Positions 1 to 9,565 of a DNA stretch of 64,000 nt are shown one piece after another. Source of the stretch: a virus (taxonomy: Duplodnaviria; Caudoviricetes). The notes under the pieces were generated by a model, which was not told the origin of the DNA, made no database searches, and worked only from the letters and a program-made list of their open reading frames with translations. The stretch lies in the IMG/VR virus record IMGVR_UViG_3300042483_000388; one strand, written 5' to 3'. The position numbers and the translations under genes were made by a program. How positions within the stretch are numbered: the first letter of the stretch is position 1; every line of letters starts with the position of its first letter.

Positions 1-72
1 GAACATCAGGAACCAATGGAACATCAGGAACCAATGGAACATCAGGAACCAATGGAACATCAGGAACCAATG
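1..72 (+). repeat. Perfect 18-bp tandem repeat (GAACATCAGGAACCAATG) x4, coding GTSGTN
   Basis: Four identical 18-nt units are read directly at 1-72, followed by a partial fifth. Confidence 0.95.
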
Positions 73-3000
73 GAACATCGGGTTCAAGTGGTACTAACGG
101 AACGAATGGGACTAGCGGAACTTCAGGTACTTCAGGCACTAATGGTTCATCAGGTACTAATGGTTCATCAGGCACTAATGGTACGTCAGGCACTAATGGT
201 TCATCAGGCACTAATGGTACGTCAGGTACTAATGGGACAAACGGAACATCAGGAACCTCTGGTTCAAGTGGGACATCAGGAACCTCGGGTTCAAGTGGTA
301 CTAATGGTACGAGTGGGGTGAATGGTACTTCAGGTACTGACGGGACTTCTGGCACAAATGGTACGGACGGAACTAGTGGTACAAACGGAACAAGTGGAAC
401 ATCTGGAACGAATGGAACGAATGGAACGAATGGGACAAGCGGCACAGATGGAACATCAGGAACAAATGGTACAAGCGGAACTAACGGAACTAGTGGTACA
501 AACGGAACTTCAGGAACTAATGGAACTAATGGAACTAGTGGAACATCAGGGACAAACGGTACGAATGGAACATCAGGGACAAATGGTACTAGCGGTACCG
601 ACGGAACATCAGGTACAAATGGAACTAGCGGTAGTTCAGGAACAAACGGAACATCAGGAACAAATGGAACTAGCGGTACTGATGGAACGAATGGCACATC
701 GGGCACATCAGGAACTAATGGCACATCAGGAACTAATGGAACTAATGGGACAGATGGAACTAGTGGAACAAATGGGACTTCTGGAACTAATGGAACATCA
801 GGGACTAATGGAACATCAGGGACTAATGGAACTAATGGAACTAATGGAACTAATGGGTCTTCGGGTTCAAGCGGAACTAATGGGACATCTGGTACTAACG
901 GAACTTCGGGAACAGACGGAACTAGTGGAACTAATGGAACATCAGGATCAAGTGGTACAAATGGTACTAGCGGAACTAATGGGACTAGCGGAACTAATGG
1001 CACTAGCGGAACATCAGGATCAAGTGGTACGGACGGGACTTCAGGTACAAATGGAACTAGTGGAACTAACGGTACTTCGGGAACGGACGGGACTTCAGGT
1101 ACAAATGGAACTAGTGGAACTAACGGTACTTCGGGAACAGATGGGACATCAGGTACCAACGGAACATCAGGAACTAGCGGTACCGACGGAACATCAGGTA
1201 CAAATGGGACCAGCGGAACAAATGGAACTAGCGGTAGTTCAGGAACATCAGGAACAAACGGGACTTCAGGAACTAACGGAACATCAGGAACAAATGGTAC
1301 TGATGGTACATCGGGAACAAATGGGACTAGCGGTACTGATGGTACAAACGGAACTTCAGGAACAAATGGTACAAACGGAACTTCAGGGGCTAATGGATTT
1401 TCAACAGGTTTAGTTTATTATTTTAACCCTTCATCAGCATCTACAATTCCAACTTACTATGTTATGGATAGAAACATAGTGATAGGTGCCGGAACAACAT
1501 TAACTGCAACAGGGGGTGGAACACAACTAATAGGATCATTTTCAACAATTATTGGAGACCCTGGAATAACTACAATACCGTCAGGAAATTGGAACTTTGA
1601 GAATTACGTTGGTATGAGTTCCAATGGTGGTACTCCAAATTTATATGCTGATATATATATTAGAACAACAGGTGGTACTGAAACTTTAATTGGATCAAAT
1701 AGTGTATTACCCCACTCCATTACCGACGGTACGGTTGTGGAACTTTATTTATATTCGGTACCTGTATCCGCAACAACGGTAAATATTAATGATAGAATAG
1801 TCGTTAAGTTCTATGCAACCTCATTAGGTGGAAGAACAATGACTTGTTATTTTGAAGATGCGACAATTGCTCAGGTAACCACTTCATTATCACCATTTAT
1901 TGCGGGAACATCAGGTACAGATGGTACTTCAGGCACTAACGGTACTAGTGGTACAAATGGTACAAACGGAACTTCTGGGACTAATGGATCTAGCGGTACA
2001 AATGGAACTAACGGAACAAGTGGTACTAATGGAACCTCAGGAACTAATGGTACGGATGGTAGTTCGGGAACAAGCGGAACTTCAGGTTCATCAGGGACTA
2101 GTGGGACAAATGGAACAGATGGGTCTTCAGGTTCAAGCGGTAGCTCAGGCACTTCAGGATCTAATGGGTCTTCAGGAACAAGTGGTAGTAACGGAACAAA
2201 TGGAACGAATGGAACTTCAGGGACTAATGGAACAAACGGAACATCAGGGACTAATGGAACATCAGGAACAAATGGTACGAACGGGACTTCAGGTACAAAT
2301 GGAACTTCGGGAACAAATGGGACAAACGGAACATCAGGTACGAATGGTACTAGCGGTACTAGCGGAACTAACGGAACTAATGGAACTTCAGGTACAAATG
2401 GTACAAATGGTACGAGCGGGACCAACGGAACTTCAGGAACAAATGGTACAAATGGATCGTCAGGAACTAATGGAACTTCAGGTACAAACGGAACAAATGG
2501 AACTTCAGGTACTAATGGTACGAGCGGAACAAACGGAACAAGTGGATCATCACCTGCAGTACCAGGTTCAGATAATCAAGTTTTAACGTCAAACGGATCA
2601 GGAGGAATAGTTGCCGAATCTCTTTTAACATTTGATGGTACAAAATTAAGTGTATTGTATCAGGCTGGTGATGAAGGTGGGGAAATCCTATTAAACAAAC
2701 CTGTAACTAACACTACCATTTCAGGTACAGGGGTCACTTTTGACATATGGCAAGATAGAATTAGGTTTTTTGAACAAGGTGGTACTGCAAGAGGTGCGTT
2801 TCTTGACATAACCGCATGTGCTGCGGGTGTCGGTACAAATTTATTAACATCTGCCGGAACTTCAGGTACAAATGGAACTTCAGGAACGAATGGTACAAAC
2901 GGAACTTCAGGGACGAACGGTACTAATGGAACGTCGGGAACAAACGGTACGAATGGAACTAGCGGTACTAATGGAACATCAGGTACCAATGGAACAAATG

Positions 3001-4910
3001 GTACGTCGGGGACTAATGGAACATCAGGTACGAATGGGACTTCTGGAACTAGCGGAACTAATGGAACATCGGGAACTAACGGAACAAATGGTACTAGCGG
3101 AACAAACGGCACTAGCGGAACAAATGGAACTAATGGAACTTCAGGTACCAACGGCACTTCAGGAACAGATGGGACATCTGGTACTAACGGTACCAATGGA
3201 ACTTCAGGTACGGATGGAACTAGCGGAACATCAGGTACGGATGGAACTAGCGGAACATCAGGAACTAGTGGGGAAAACGGAATATCCGCAGGTCAAACAT
3301 ACTACTTCAATGAAAGTCAGAATAGTGATGTTTTAGGATATAAGGTATTATCAACAGAACCATCAACCGCATCAACACAAACAGTAACAACAAATTTATT
3401 AGGAATCCAACAAAACGTTTTAGTTTCTGATTACATAACACCACAATTAGGGTTTTCAGTTATTCCTGGTGGCGTACAAAGATTTCATTTACATTACTTA
3501 AAACCGGCAAGTAATGATGATATAGATGCATATGTTGAAATACAATTGGCAGATTCATCAGGAACAACTATAGGTCCAACAATAACTTCTAACATTTCAT
3601 TAATTGGTTGGGTTAGTGCGGTAATCCCTGTTGAAGTAAATGTAGATATAGTATTACCAACAACAACAATAGATCCAACAAATAGAATGATTGTTAGATT
3701 ATATTTGAGTAATAATGATGCAACGGCACATTCGGTGGTATATTATACTGAAGGTAATTCATATTATTCATTTGTTGTTACCTCAGTTGGCGCGATTGCC
3801 GGTACGTCAGGGACTTCAGGTACAAATGGAACCAGCGGTACTTCTGTTTCAGTTCCTGGATTAAACAATGAAGTTTTAACATCTGATGGATCAGGAGGTA
3901 TAGTTGCAGAAACTAATTTAATATTTAGTGGGTCACAATTATCCGTAACAGGTACGGTAGTAACTTATGGGTTTGCTCTTCCTAATATAGATACGTCAAC
4001 AGGATATTTAACCACATCAACACCTATGGTAACGTCTACTTCTATTGATTGGCTCAGTAGAATCGCCTATGATGTTTCTAGTACTTCAAGTATTAATTGG
4101 ACGAGTAGATATTTAACGGACTCATATCCTATTACTTCTGTTGATTGGGAAACTAAATATTTAAATGCGTATGACTTAACTACATCAGGGGCCACTCTTA
4201 GTGTTGATTGGAATTCTAGGTCATTATATTCATTTAGACCTCTTCCTATGCCAACTTCCACTCTTAGTGTGGATTGGCAGAATAGAACATTGAATGATAG
4301 TGGTGGTATTTCTTCAGTAGCATGGAGAGATCGCACCTTATACACACCTAATGGAACAACATCTTTAAATTGGACGGATGATACTTTTTTAGATTCAAAT
4401 GTTTATCAACGTGATTATAAATCTGCCGTTATACAAAACGCAGTATCAAATAACTATAACATTCCATATGGGTCATATTTAGGGGATGTAATTGAAGTAG
4501 ATGGTTCTACGACCTTTATGGATGCAGCAGTAACAGATGGAAATTTAGTTTATTTAGATACTAACGCCACTTGGTATCCTGTTAATCAAGCGGCAAGTGG
4601 GGCCACTTTCCTATTAGGTATTGCACATAACGTATATGCTCCTGGTGGAACAGGGTATGTTTTACTAGAAGGACATGTTGTAATTGATGATACATCATTC
4701 TCAGGACCAAATGTGCAAGGTGCGGATCATGGTTTACCAATATATATTAGAGATGGAACAACTCAGGGTCTTATGTCAACAGTCGTTCCTACTACGACTG
4801 GTGGACCAAATATAGTAAGAGTGTTAGGTCATTGTTACCAACAAAACTCAGGAACAGCAACACAATGGATGATGAAATTTAGACCATCAAATGATTGGAT
4901 AGAAATATAA
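3..4910 (+). CDS. Very long Gly-Thr-(Ser/Asn/Asp) repeat fibre-like virion protein with embedded globular domains (5'-truncated; true start lies upstream of the window)
   Basis: The frame of ORF 318..4910 is open from position 3 (aca tca gga acc aat gga = TSGTNG...). It has three long G-X-Y triplet blocks, two related ~170-aa non-repetitive domains starting G(F/I)SxGxxYYFN, two VPGxxNxVLTSxGSGGIVAE modules, and C-terminal S(I/V)(D/N)WxxR repeats. Confidence 0.8.
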   Translation, partial: TSGTNGTSGTNGTSGTNGTSGTNGTSGSSGTNGTNGTSGTSGTSGTNGSSGTNGSSGTNGTSGTNGSSGTNGTSGTNGTNGTSGTSGSSGTSGTSGSSGTNGTSGVNGTSGTDGTSGTNGTDGTSGTNGTSGTSGTNGTNGTNGTSGTDGTSGTNGTSGTNGTSGTNGTSGTNGTNGTSGTSGTNGTNGTSGTNGTSGTDGTSGTNGTSGSSGTNGTSGTNGTSGTDGTNGTSGTSGTNGTSGTNGTNGTDGTSGTNGTSGTNGTSGTNGTSGTNGTNGTNGTNGSSGSSGTNGTSGTNGTSGTDGTSGTNGTSGSSGTNGTSGTNGTSGTNGTSGTSGSSGTDGTSGTNGTSGTNGTSGTDGTSGTNGTSGTNGTSGTDGTSGTNGTSGTSGTDGTSGTNGTSGTNGTSGSSGTSGTNGTSGTNGTSGTNGTDGTSGTNGTSGTDGTNGTSGTNGTNGTSGANGFSTGLVYYFNPSSASTIPTYYVMDRNIVIGAGTTLTATGGGTQLIGSFSTIIGDPGITTIPSGNWNFENYVGMSSNGGTPNLYADIYIRTTGGTETLIGSNSVLPHSITDGTVVELYLYSVPVSATTVNINDRIVVKFYATSLGGRTMTCYFEDATIAQVTTSLSPFIAGTSGTDGTSGTNGTSGTNGTNGTSGTNGSSGTNGTNGTSGTNGTSGTNGTDGSSGTSGTSGSSGTSGTNGTDGSSGSSGSSGTSGSNGSSGTSGSNGTNGTNGTSGTNGTNGTSGTNGTSGTNGTNGTSGTNGTSGTNGTNGTSGTNGTSGTSGTNGTNGTSGTNGTNGTSGTNGTSGTNGTNGSSGTNGTSGTNGTNGTSGTNGTSGTNGTSGSSPAVPGSDNQVLTSNGSGGIVAESLLTFDGTKLSVLYQAGDEGGEILLNKPVTNTTISGTGVTFDIWQDRIRFFEQGGTARGAFLDITACAAGVGTNLLTSAGTSGTNGTSGTNGTNGTSGTNGTNGTSGTNGTNGTSGTNGTSGTNGTNGTSGTNGTSGTNGTSGTSGTNGTSGTNGTNGTSGTNGTSGTNGTNGTSGTNGTSGTDGTSGTNGTNGTSGTDGTSGTSGTDGTSGTSGTSGENGISAGQTYYFNESQNSDVLGYKVLSTEPSTASTQTVTTNLLGIQQNVLVSDYITPQLGFSVIPGGVQRFHLHYLKPASNDDIDAYVEIQLADSSGTTIGPTITSNISLIGWVSAVIPVEVNVDIVLPTTTIDPTNRMIVRLYLSNNDATAHSVVYYTEGNSYYSFVVTSVGAIAGTSGTSGTNGTSGTSVSVPGLNNEVLTSDGSGGIVAETNLIFSGSQLSVTGTVVTYGFALPNIDTSTGYLTTSTPMVTSTSIDWLSRIAYDVSSTSSINWTSRYLTDSYPITSVDWETKYLNAYDLTTSGATLSVDWNSRSLYSFRPLPMPTSTLSVDWQNRTLNDSGGISSVAWRDRTLYTPNGTTSLNWTDDTFLDSNVYQRDYKSAVIQNAVSNNYNIPYGSYLGDVIEVDGSTTFMDAAVTDGNLVYLDTNATWYPVNQAASGATFLLGIAHNVYAPGGTGYVLLEGHVVIDDTSFSGPNVQGADHGLPIYIRDGTTQGLMSTVVPTTTGGPNIVRVLGHCYQQNSGTATQWMMKFRPSNDWIEI
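1029..1136 (+). repeat. Perfect 54-bp tandem duplication inside the Gly-Thr repeat coding region
   Basis: ACGGACGGGACTTCAGGTACAAATGGAACTAGTGGAACTAACGGTACTTCGGGA occurs at 1029-1082 and 1083-1136. Confidence 0.9.
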
Positions 4911-4911
4911 T

Positions 4912-5265
4912 ATGCCACCCCCATCAAGCAAAATATCAGGAATACCAGTAACATCCATAATTAATATGAAGAGTGTTAATGTAACATCTATTGTTTCAAT
5001 AGGTGGAGTATCTACATCAAATATTCCTGGATGGCCAAGTGGTAGTGGGTGCGAAACACTTATTTTAGGTTATGCTTCTGGTCCACCCCCTACACAGGCA
5101 TGTAGAAATAGAACAAATGAATACCAATTTGACTCTACTAATAGTATTTTATATGGTGTTGGAGAACCTTGCGGTGGCATACCAGCCCCTAACGGCTTTT
5201 ATTCTGATGGTAGGTCAATTTACACTTGGTTTGACGGAATATGGGGATTTGGGGGACCTTGTTAA
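4912..5265 (+). CDS. Small Gly/Pro/Cys-containing hypothetical protein, probably fibre- or virion-associated
   Basis: 117-aa ORF starting 1 nt after the fibre gene stop; N-terminal KISGIPVTSI..SIGGVS repeats and a C-terminal PAPNGFYSDG..W motif. Confidence 0.6.
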   Translation: MPPPSSKISGIPVTSIINMKSVNVTSIVSIGGVSTSNIPGWPSGSGCETLILGYASGPPPTQACRNRTNEYQFDSTNSILYGVGEPCGGIPAPNGFYSDGRSIYTWFDGIWGFGGPC

Positions 5266-5271
5266 TTTATA

Positions 5272-8196
5272 TTATCTGTTATCTATATAGATGATTACTT
5301 CACTATAGTATTCTATAAAATGATCATTCCATAGATCCCATTTAATATCTACACCATCTACGGAGAAAACTTGTATGTTATCAAATTGTGGAAAGATATT
5401 ATCTCTAAACCATCTGAACTTACATTTATGAAAACTATCATCATCTCTCATATGAAATTCCGTTACAATTTTTGGAATTGTTTTTAAAAACTCAATATTA
5501 CTTTGTTGGAACACATCGTATTCACCACCTTCACAATCACACTTTAAGAAATCTATTTTATCAATTCCGTTTTCATCTAAAAATTCTTTGAATGTAAATG
5601 TTGGAACACTCTCACTAACATTATCCCAAGTGATATGAATTTTCTTTTTATCTGTGATTGCCCCTTGAATAATTTTTACATTATCTTGACCAACATTTTT
5701 ATGAAGTATACCAACTTGGTATGATAATGGTTCCACAACATAACATTGTTTTGGATTCTTTGGTAAGATTTTATATGTGAACGGACCTAAGGACGCACCT
5801 AAATCAACAACAACATCACCTTCTTCAACTTCAAAATGTCTTTCATATGTATTATCTTCAAATATCTCTTTAATTGCAGCATCAACATACCAACCACTTT
5901 TTTTACCCCAGTCAAATTCAACCTCATCAAAATTTTCTTCCGTTACCCCTTCATTATTAATAATTCTATTTATTTGTTTAATTACCATATCAGAACTTAT
6001 TCGATTTGTACATTCAAACATTCGATCGGTATTTTTATGTAAAGGACACCAATTCCAGTCGCCAGCATCTAATCTTTCTGAATTAAAACATCCGTGACAA
6101 ACACTTTCATTAATAACTCTATATGTGTCTAAAGTTGTTTCTGCCCATTTCTCACTAAACCCTGAAATCAAAACAATAGGTAATTTACAAGCCCAAGCCA
6201 ACCAAGATAAACCAGACCCTAAACCAATAAAAAACTCACAACTTGATAGGTCATTAATAACTTCTTGTAGGTTTCCTCCTTTATAAATTGTTACGCCTTC
6301 AGGATAATGGTTACCCATATAGCCATCACCTTCTTTAGAATAGACCATGCATTCATATCCCAAATTATTAAGATGATCTATAACCGCTTGCCAAGCGTCA
6401 GGATTATTCCAATACTTTGCCTGTGCCGTAGAATGAAAACCAATACCCACTTTTTTCTTTTTAGGTGTGTTAGGTAATTTTAATAGTGGTCTAACTTCTT
6501 CATAATCTAAACCTAATATATCCGTTGCCGTTTTTTGTAATGGCATTTTTTTAAAATCAAATGGGTGTTTGTTTGCGTCAAATTTACCATCTTCATTATA
6601 AAACCAACCTAAATTATATTGTGCGTGTATGTTTGGTATTAATTCGCCAGGTTCAACAAACTCAATTTCAGGATACTGATCTTTAAACAAACTATTAAGG
6701 AATGTCGATACTATCGGTTTGCAACCATGTTTTTTTCTAAATACCTCACAATAAGGAACCCAAGCCATTGTATCACCTAATGATTTTGATCCGAATGAAA
6801 TATATACTCTCTTATCTTTTAGATCTAATGTCTCATCATAAATTACTTCACCATTTTCTTCAACTGTTGTTCTCCATTTAATGAAATATTCTTTATTTAA
6901 TTTAACCCAACTATTAATTGACAATTCATTTTGATATGATATTTCATTTTTATCATCATAATATTTAATATTCAATTTGTTTTCTGTGGTTCCTTGTATT
7001 TCAAAATAAGGTTGGGTAACATAATGTCTAACAAAGGTATAATCTTTGGTTAAAGGTTTGTTTTGGGTAATGTTTATATTTGTAACTGCGTTATAAAAAT
7101 TCAATAAATCTTCACCAAATGTATCATCAGGTAATATTTTATAAACGTCCTTATTTTCAATAAGTTCAACCAATTGTTTTGATATGTTTTTAACATCACC
7201 TTCTATTGGTGTTATATATCCGTCAAACATACCCATGTATTGTGGTAAATCTCTTGCAAGGATTTTCATTCCATAGTTGATTGATTCTCTAACAACCAAC
7301 GGATTACATTCCCAAGTTGAGTTAAACATTAAAACATCGCAAGCCGTCATGAATTTCTCAACGTCAGATCGTTCCCCCCATACTTTAACATTAGAAGGAA
7401 GGTCTTTCATAATAGGACCCCAATAGTCTTCAAAGTTTGGAGCTTGGTTCCCAATAAAATGAAATTCAATATCTGAGTTTGATTCAATTAATTCTTTTGC
7501 AACCTCAACACCTTCACCTTGATTTTTACCACTTGTCCATAACCCAACATTAAGTACGTGAGTTTTAAACATATCCAAACCAAGTTCATTTCTTACTTTA
7601 ATTTTTTCAATAAGTGGTACTTGATTAAAATCACCATAGATTTCATTCTCCTCTAAAATTTTAGTTACCTTATTCTCAATTGGGTATAACGATAAAAACT
7701 TAATTGGTGTTTCATTTAAAAACGTTTCCTTTAAATGATAAGGGGTAACAAAACAATATGCCTCAGGATTGAATTTTTTATGTGTTTGCGGATTAAACCA
7801 AACATTATGACAAGTCTCAACCATTTTCCAAGTCCTATCATTTGAATAAAGTTGATTTAACAATGGTAGCGGAATTTTATTAAAACTTTCAAACCCTTCA
7901 ACCATCTCTTCTGAATGGACAATATCAATATGATTGTTTTTAATAATATCAATTAACTCATATTTTCTTTTTGTGTTACTTGTATCCCCTAAACTAAAAA
8001 AATGACCTTCACCCAATATATCAATTATTTTATCTCGTTGAACAACATATGTATTACTAAACTGAGAATACTCAACCAAAAAGATTTCAATTTGGTCTTT
8101 GAATTTTTGAAGTTCTTGAATTCTTTTTAATACGAATTGGGGTTGTCCTCCAGTTGAAAGATGAGGTGTAAGATATAATAGTTTAATTTTTTTCAT
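5272..8196 (-). CDS. Tri-domain enzyme: GT4-like glycosyltransferase + TibC/AAH-type autotransporter O-heptosyltransferase + FkbM-family methyltransferase
   Basis: N-terminal GT-B motifs (PHLSTGGQPQ; GERSDVEKFMTACDVLMFNSTWECNPLVVRES). Middle domain with TibC-like motifs (DETLDLKDKRVYISF..SLGD..WVPY; QAKYWNN; FFIGLGSGLSWLAWA..P.VLISGFS; CHGC..WCP.HKNTDR.FECT). C-terminal VVDLGASLG and IDFLKCDCEGGE. Start moved from 8214 to the MKKIK ATG at 8196. Confidence 0.85.
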   Translation of the reverse strand: MKKIKLLYLTPHLSTGGQPQFVLKRIQELQKFKDQIEIFLVEYSQFSNTYVVQRDKIIDILGEGHFFSLGDTSNTKRKYELIDIIKNNHIDIVHSEEMVEGFESFNKIPLPLLNQLYSNDRTWKMVETCHNVWFNPQTHKKFNPEAYCFVTPYHLKETFLNETPIKFLSLYPIENKVTKILEENEIYGDFNQVPLIEKIKVRNELGLDMFKTHVLNVGLWTSGKNQGEGVEVAKELIESNSDIEFHFIGNQAPNFEDYWGPIMKDLPSNVKVWGERSDVEKFMTACDVLMFNSTWECNPLVVRESINYGMKILARDLPQYMGMFDGYITPIEGDVKNISKQLVELIENKDVYKILPDDTFGEDLLNFYNAVTNINITQNKPLTKDYTFVRHYVTQPYFEIQGTTENKLNIKYYDDKNEISYQNELSINSWVKLNKEYFIKWRTTVEENGEVIYDETLDLKDKRVYISFGSKSLGDTMAWVPYCEVFRKKHGCKPIVSTFLNSLFKDQYPEIEFVEPGELIPNIHAQYNLGWFYNEDGKFDANKHPFDFKKMPLQKTATDILGLDYEEVRPLLKLPNTPKKKKVGIGFHSTAQAKYWNNPDAWQAVIDHLNNLGYECMVYSKEGDGYMGNHYPEGVTIYKGGNLQEVINDLSSCEFFIGLGSGLSWLAWACKLPIVLISGFSEKWAETTLDTYRVINESVCHGCFNSERLDAGDWNWCPLHKNTDRMFECTNRISSDMVIKQINRIINNEGVTEENFDEVEFDWGKKSGWYVDAAIKEIFEDNTYERHFEVEEGDVVVDLGASLGPFTYKILPKNPKQCYVVEPLSYQVGILHKNVGQDNVKIIQGAITDKKKIHITWDNVSESVPTFTFKEFLDENGIDKIDFLKCDCEGGEYDVFQQSNIEFLKTIPKIVTEFHMRDDDSFHKCKFRWFRDNIFPQFDNIQVFSVDGVDIKWDLWNDHFIEYYSEVIIYIDNR

Positions 8197-8247
8197 ACTA
8201 TAAAAATAAAACATACATTTTAATTGTGAAGTTCATATCATTATAGA

Positions 8248-9195
8248 ATGAAAGATGTTTGTGTTGATGTGTTAGGATGTAGATCGTTAGGGGATACCTT
8301 AGCCGTTACACCAACTTTAAGAAAACTTTATAATTCTTACGGTAAAAAAATATCTGTCGCAACTCATCACCCCGAAATTTTTAAAAACAATCCTTACGTA
8401 GATAATATTTTTAATGAAATTACAGACGACATTAAAAATGATTATGAAGTATTTGAATCCTTTAATATTGGATACCACCCAAACGGTGTTTGTTATAAAC
8501 ATAACGCAATGGATATTAGACAATTTCATGCGGTTAATTTAGGGTTTATGTTGACCAGAGATGAAATGTCAATGGACTATTTTCCTGATGAGGTAGAATT
8601 AATTGAGGGGTTACCTGAAAAATATGTTTTAATTCACCCCGTTCAAAATTGGAATTCAAGAACATGGGATGAAAAAAAATGGCAAATGTTAACAAAACTC
8701 TTAAATGAAAGAGGTATTGCCGTTATTTCTGTTGGAAAAGATTCATCAGAACTTGGTGGTTCAAATGTGGATAAACCCGTTTTTAATTTTAATATTGATA
8801 TTGGTTTGAATTTAATGAACCAAACAACCTTATCTCAAACATGGTGGCTAATTAATAGTGCAATGTGTTTCATTACTATGGATTCAGGATTACTTCATTT
8901 AGCAGGAACAACAGACTCAGAAATAATCCAACTTGGAAGTTCAATACATCCTCAATTTAGAGCACCATATAGAAAAAATAATCAAGGTCATAAATACCAT
9001 TATGTTCTTGGTGGTTGTGGTTTACATTGTGCATCAGATATTAAATACGGAGTTAAAGAATGGAAATCAATACAAGGTATACCATCACTCGTTAATTGTT
9101 TAGAAAGAAAAGAAACATTTGAATGTCACCCCAACCCAATTATTATTTATAATAAAGTTTTGGAAATATTAGATTTAGAATATTTATGTAGATAA
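8248..9195 (+). CDS. GT9-family (heptosyltransferase-like) glycosyltransferase
   Basis: SLGDTLAVTPTLRKL, HPEIFKNNPYVD, LIHPVQNWNSRTW and FITMDSGLLHLAGTT are GT9 motifs; Cys-rich C-terminus. Confidence 0.8.
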   Translation: MKDVCVDVLGCRSLGDTLAVTPTLRKLYNSYGKKISVATHHPEIFKNNPYVDNIFNEITDDIKNDYEVFESFNIGYHPNGVCYKHNAMDIRQFHAVNLGFMLTRDEMSMDYFPDEVELIEGLPEKYVLIHPVQNWNSRTWDEKKWQMLTKLLNERGIAVISVGKDSSELGGSNVDKPVFNFNIDIGLNLMNQTTLSQTWWLINSAMCFITMDSGLLHLAGTTDSEIIQLGSSIHPQFRAPYRKNNQGHKYHYVLGGCGLHCASDIKYGVKEWKSIQGIPSLVNCLERKETFECHPNPIIIYNKVLEILDLEYLCR

Positions 9196-9210
9196 TCACA
9201 TTTTAATTAC

Positions 9211-9510
9211 ATGGCAAACCAAATTCAAATAAATTCAATATCTGGAACTTCACCATTTGATATCTATGTATGTGATGTAACCATATCGTATTGTTTTTTT
9301 GTTTCAGGAATCACCACAACACCATATACGTTTAATGTTCCTCCACCTTTAGAGTCTATAACACCAATTATTTTAAAAATTATAGATGCTAATGATTGTG
9401 AAAAAATATTCTTACTATCTTGTGGGGAAATATACGGAAAAGAATTTGAAGGTTTTGAAGTATTTTTATTTCAAGACTCATCAATTTTTTTATTCGAAGG
9501 TCCTCCTTAA
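9211..9510 (+). CDS. Hypothetical protein (99 aa)
   Basis: Clean ORF between two glycosyltransferase genes; no recognisable motif. Confidence 0.6.
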   Translation: MANQIQINSISGTSPFDIYVCDVTISYCFFVSGITTTPYTFNVPPPLESITPIILKIIDANDCEKIFLLSCGEIYGKEFEGFEVFLFQDSSIFLFEGPP

Positions 9511-9565
9511 ACTATTAATATTCATATTTTTTTCTTTTCTATTATTATTATGGAAATAACCAAAT

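Noticed and set aside
1-72. Short direct repeats resembling a CRISPR array
   Set aside because: The units are contiguous with no unique spacers, sit in frame in a CDS, and there are no cas genes.
16-3336. Alternative-frame and antisense ORFs (16..321, 322..1413, 1871..2425, 1900..2586, 2660..3196, 2872..3336) with MEHQEPMEHQ or VPLVPFVP repeats
   Set aside because: They are shadows of the Gly-Thr-Xaa codon repeats, which lack stops in other frames. The frame-3 ORF continues into real globular domains.
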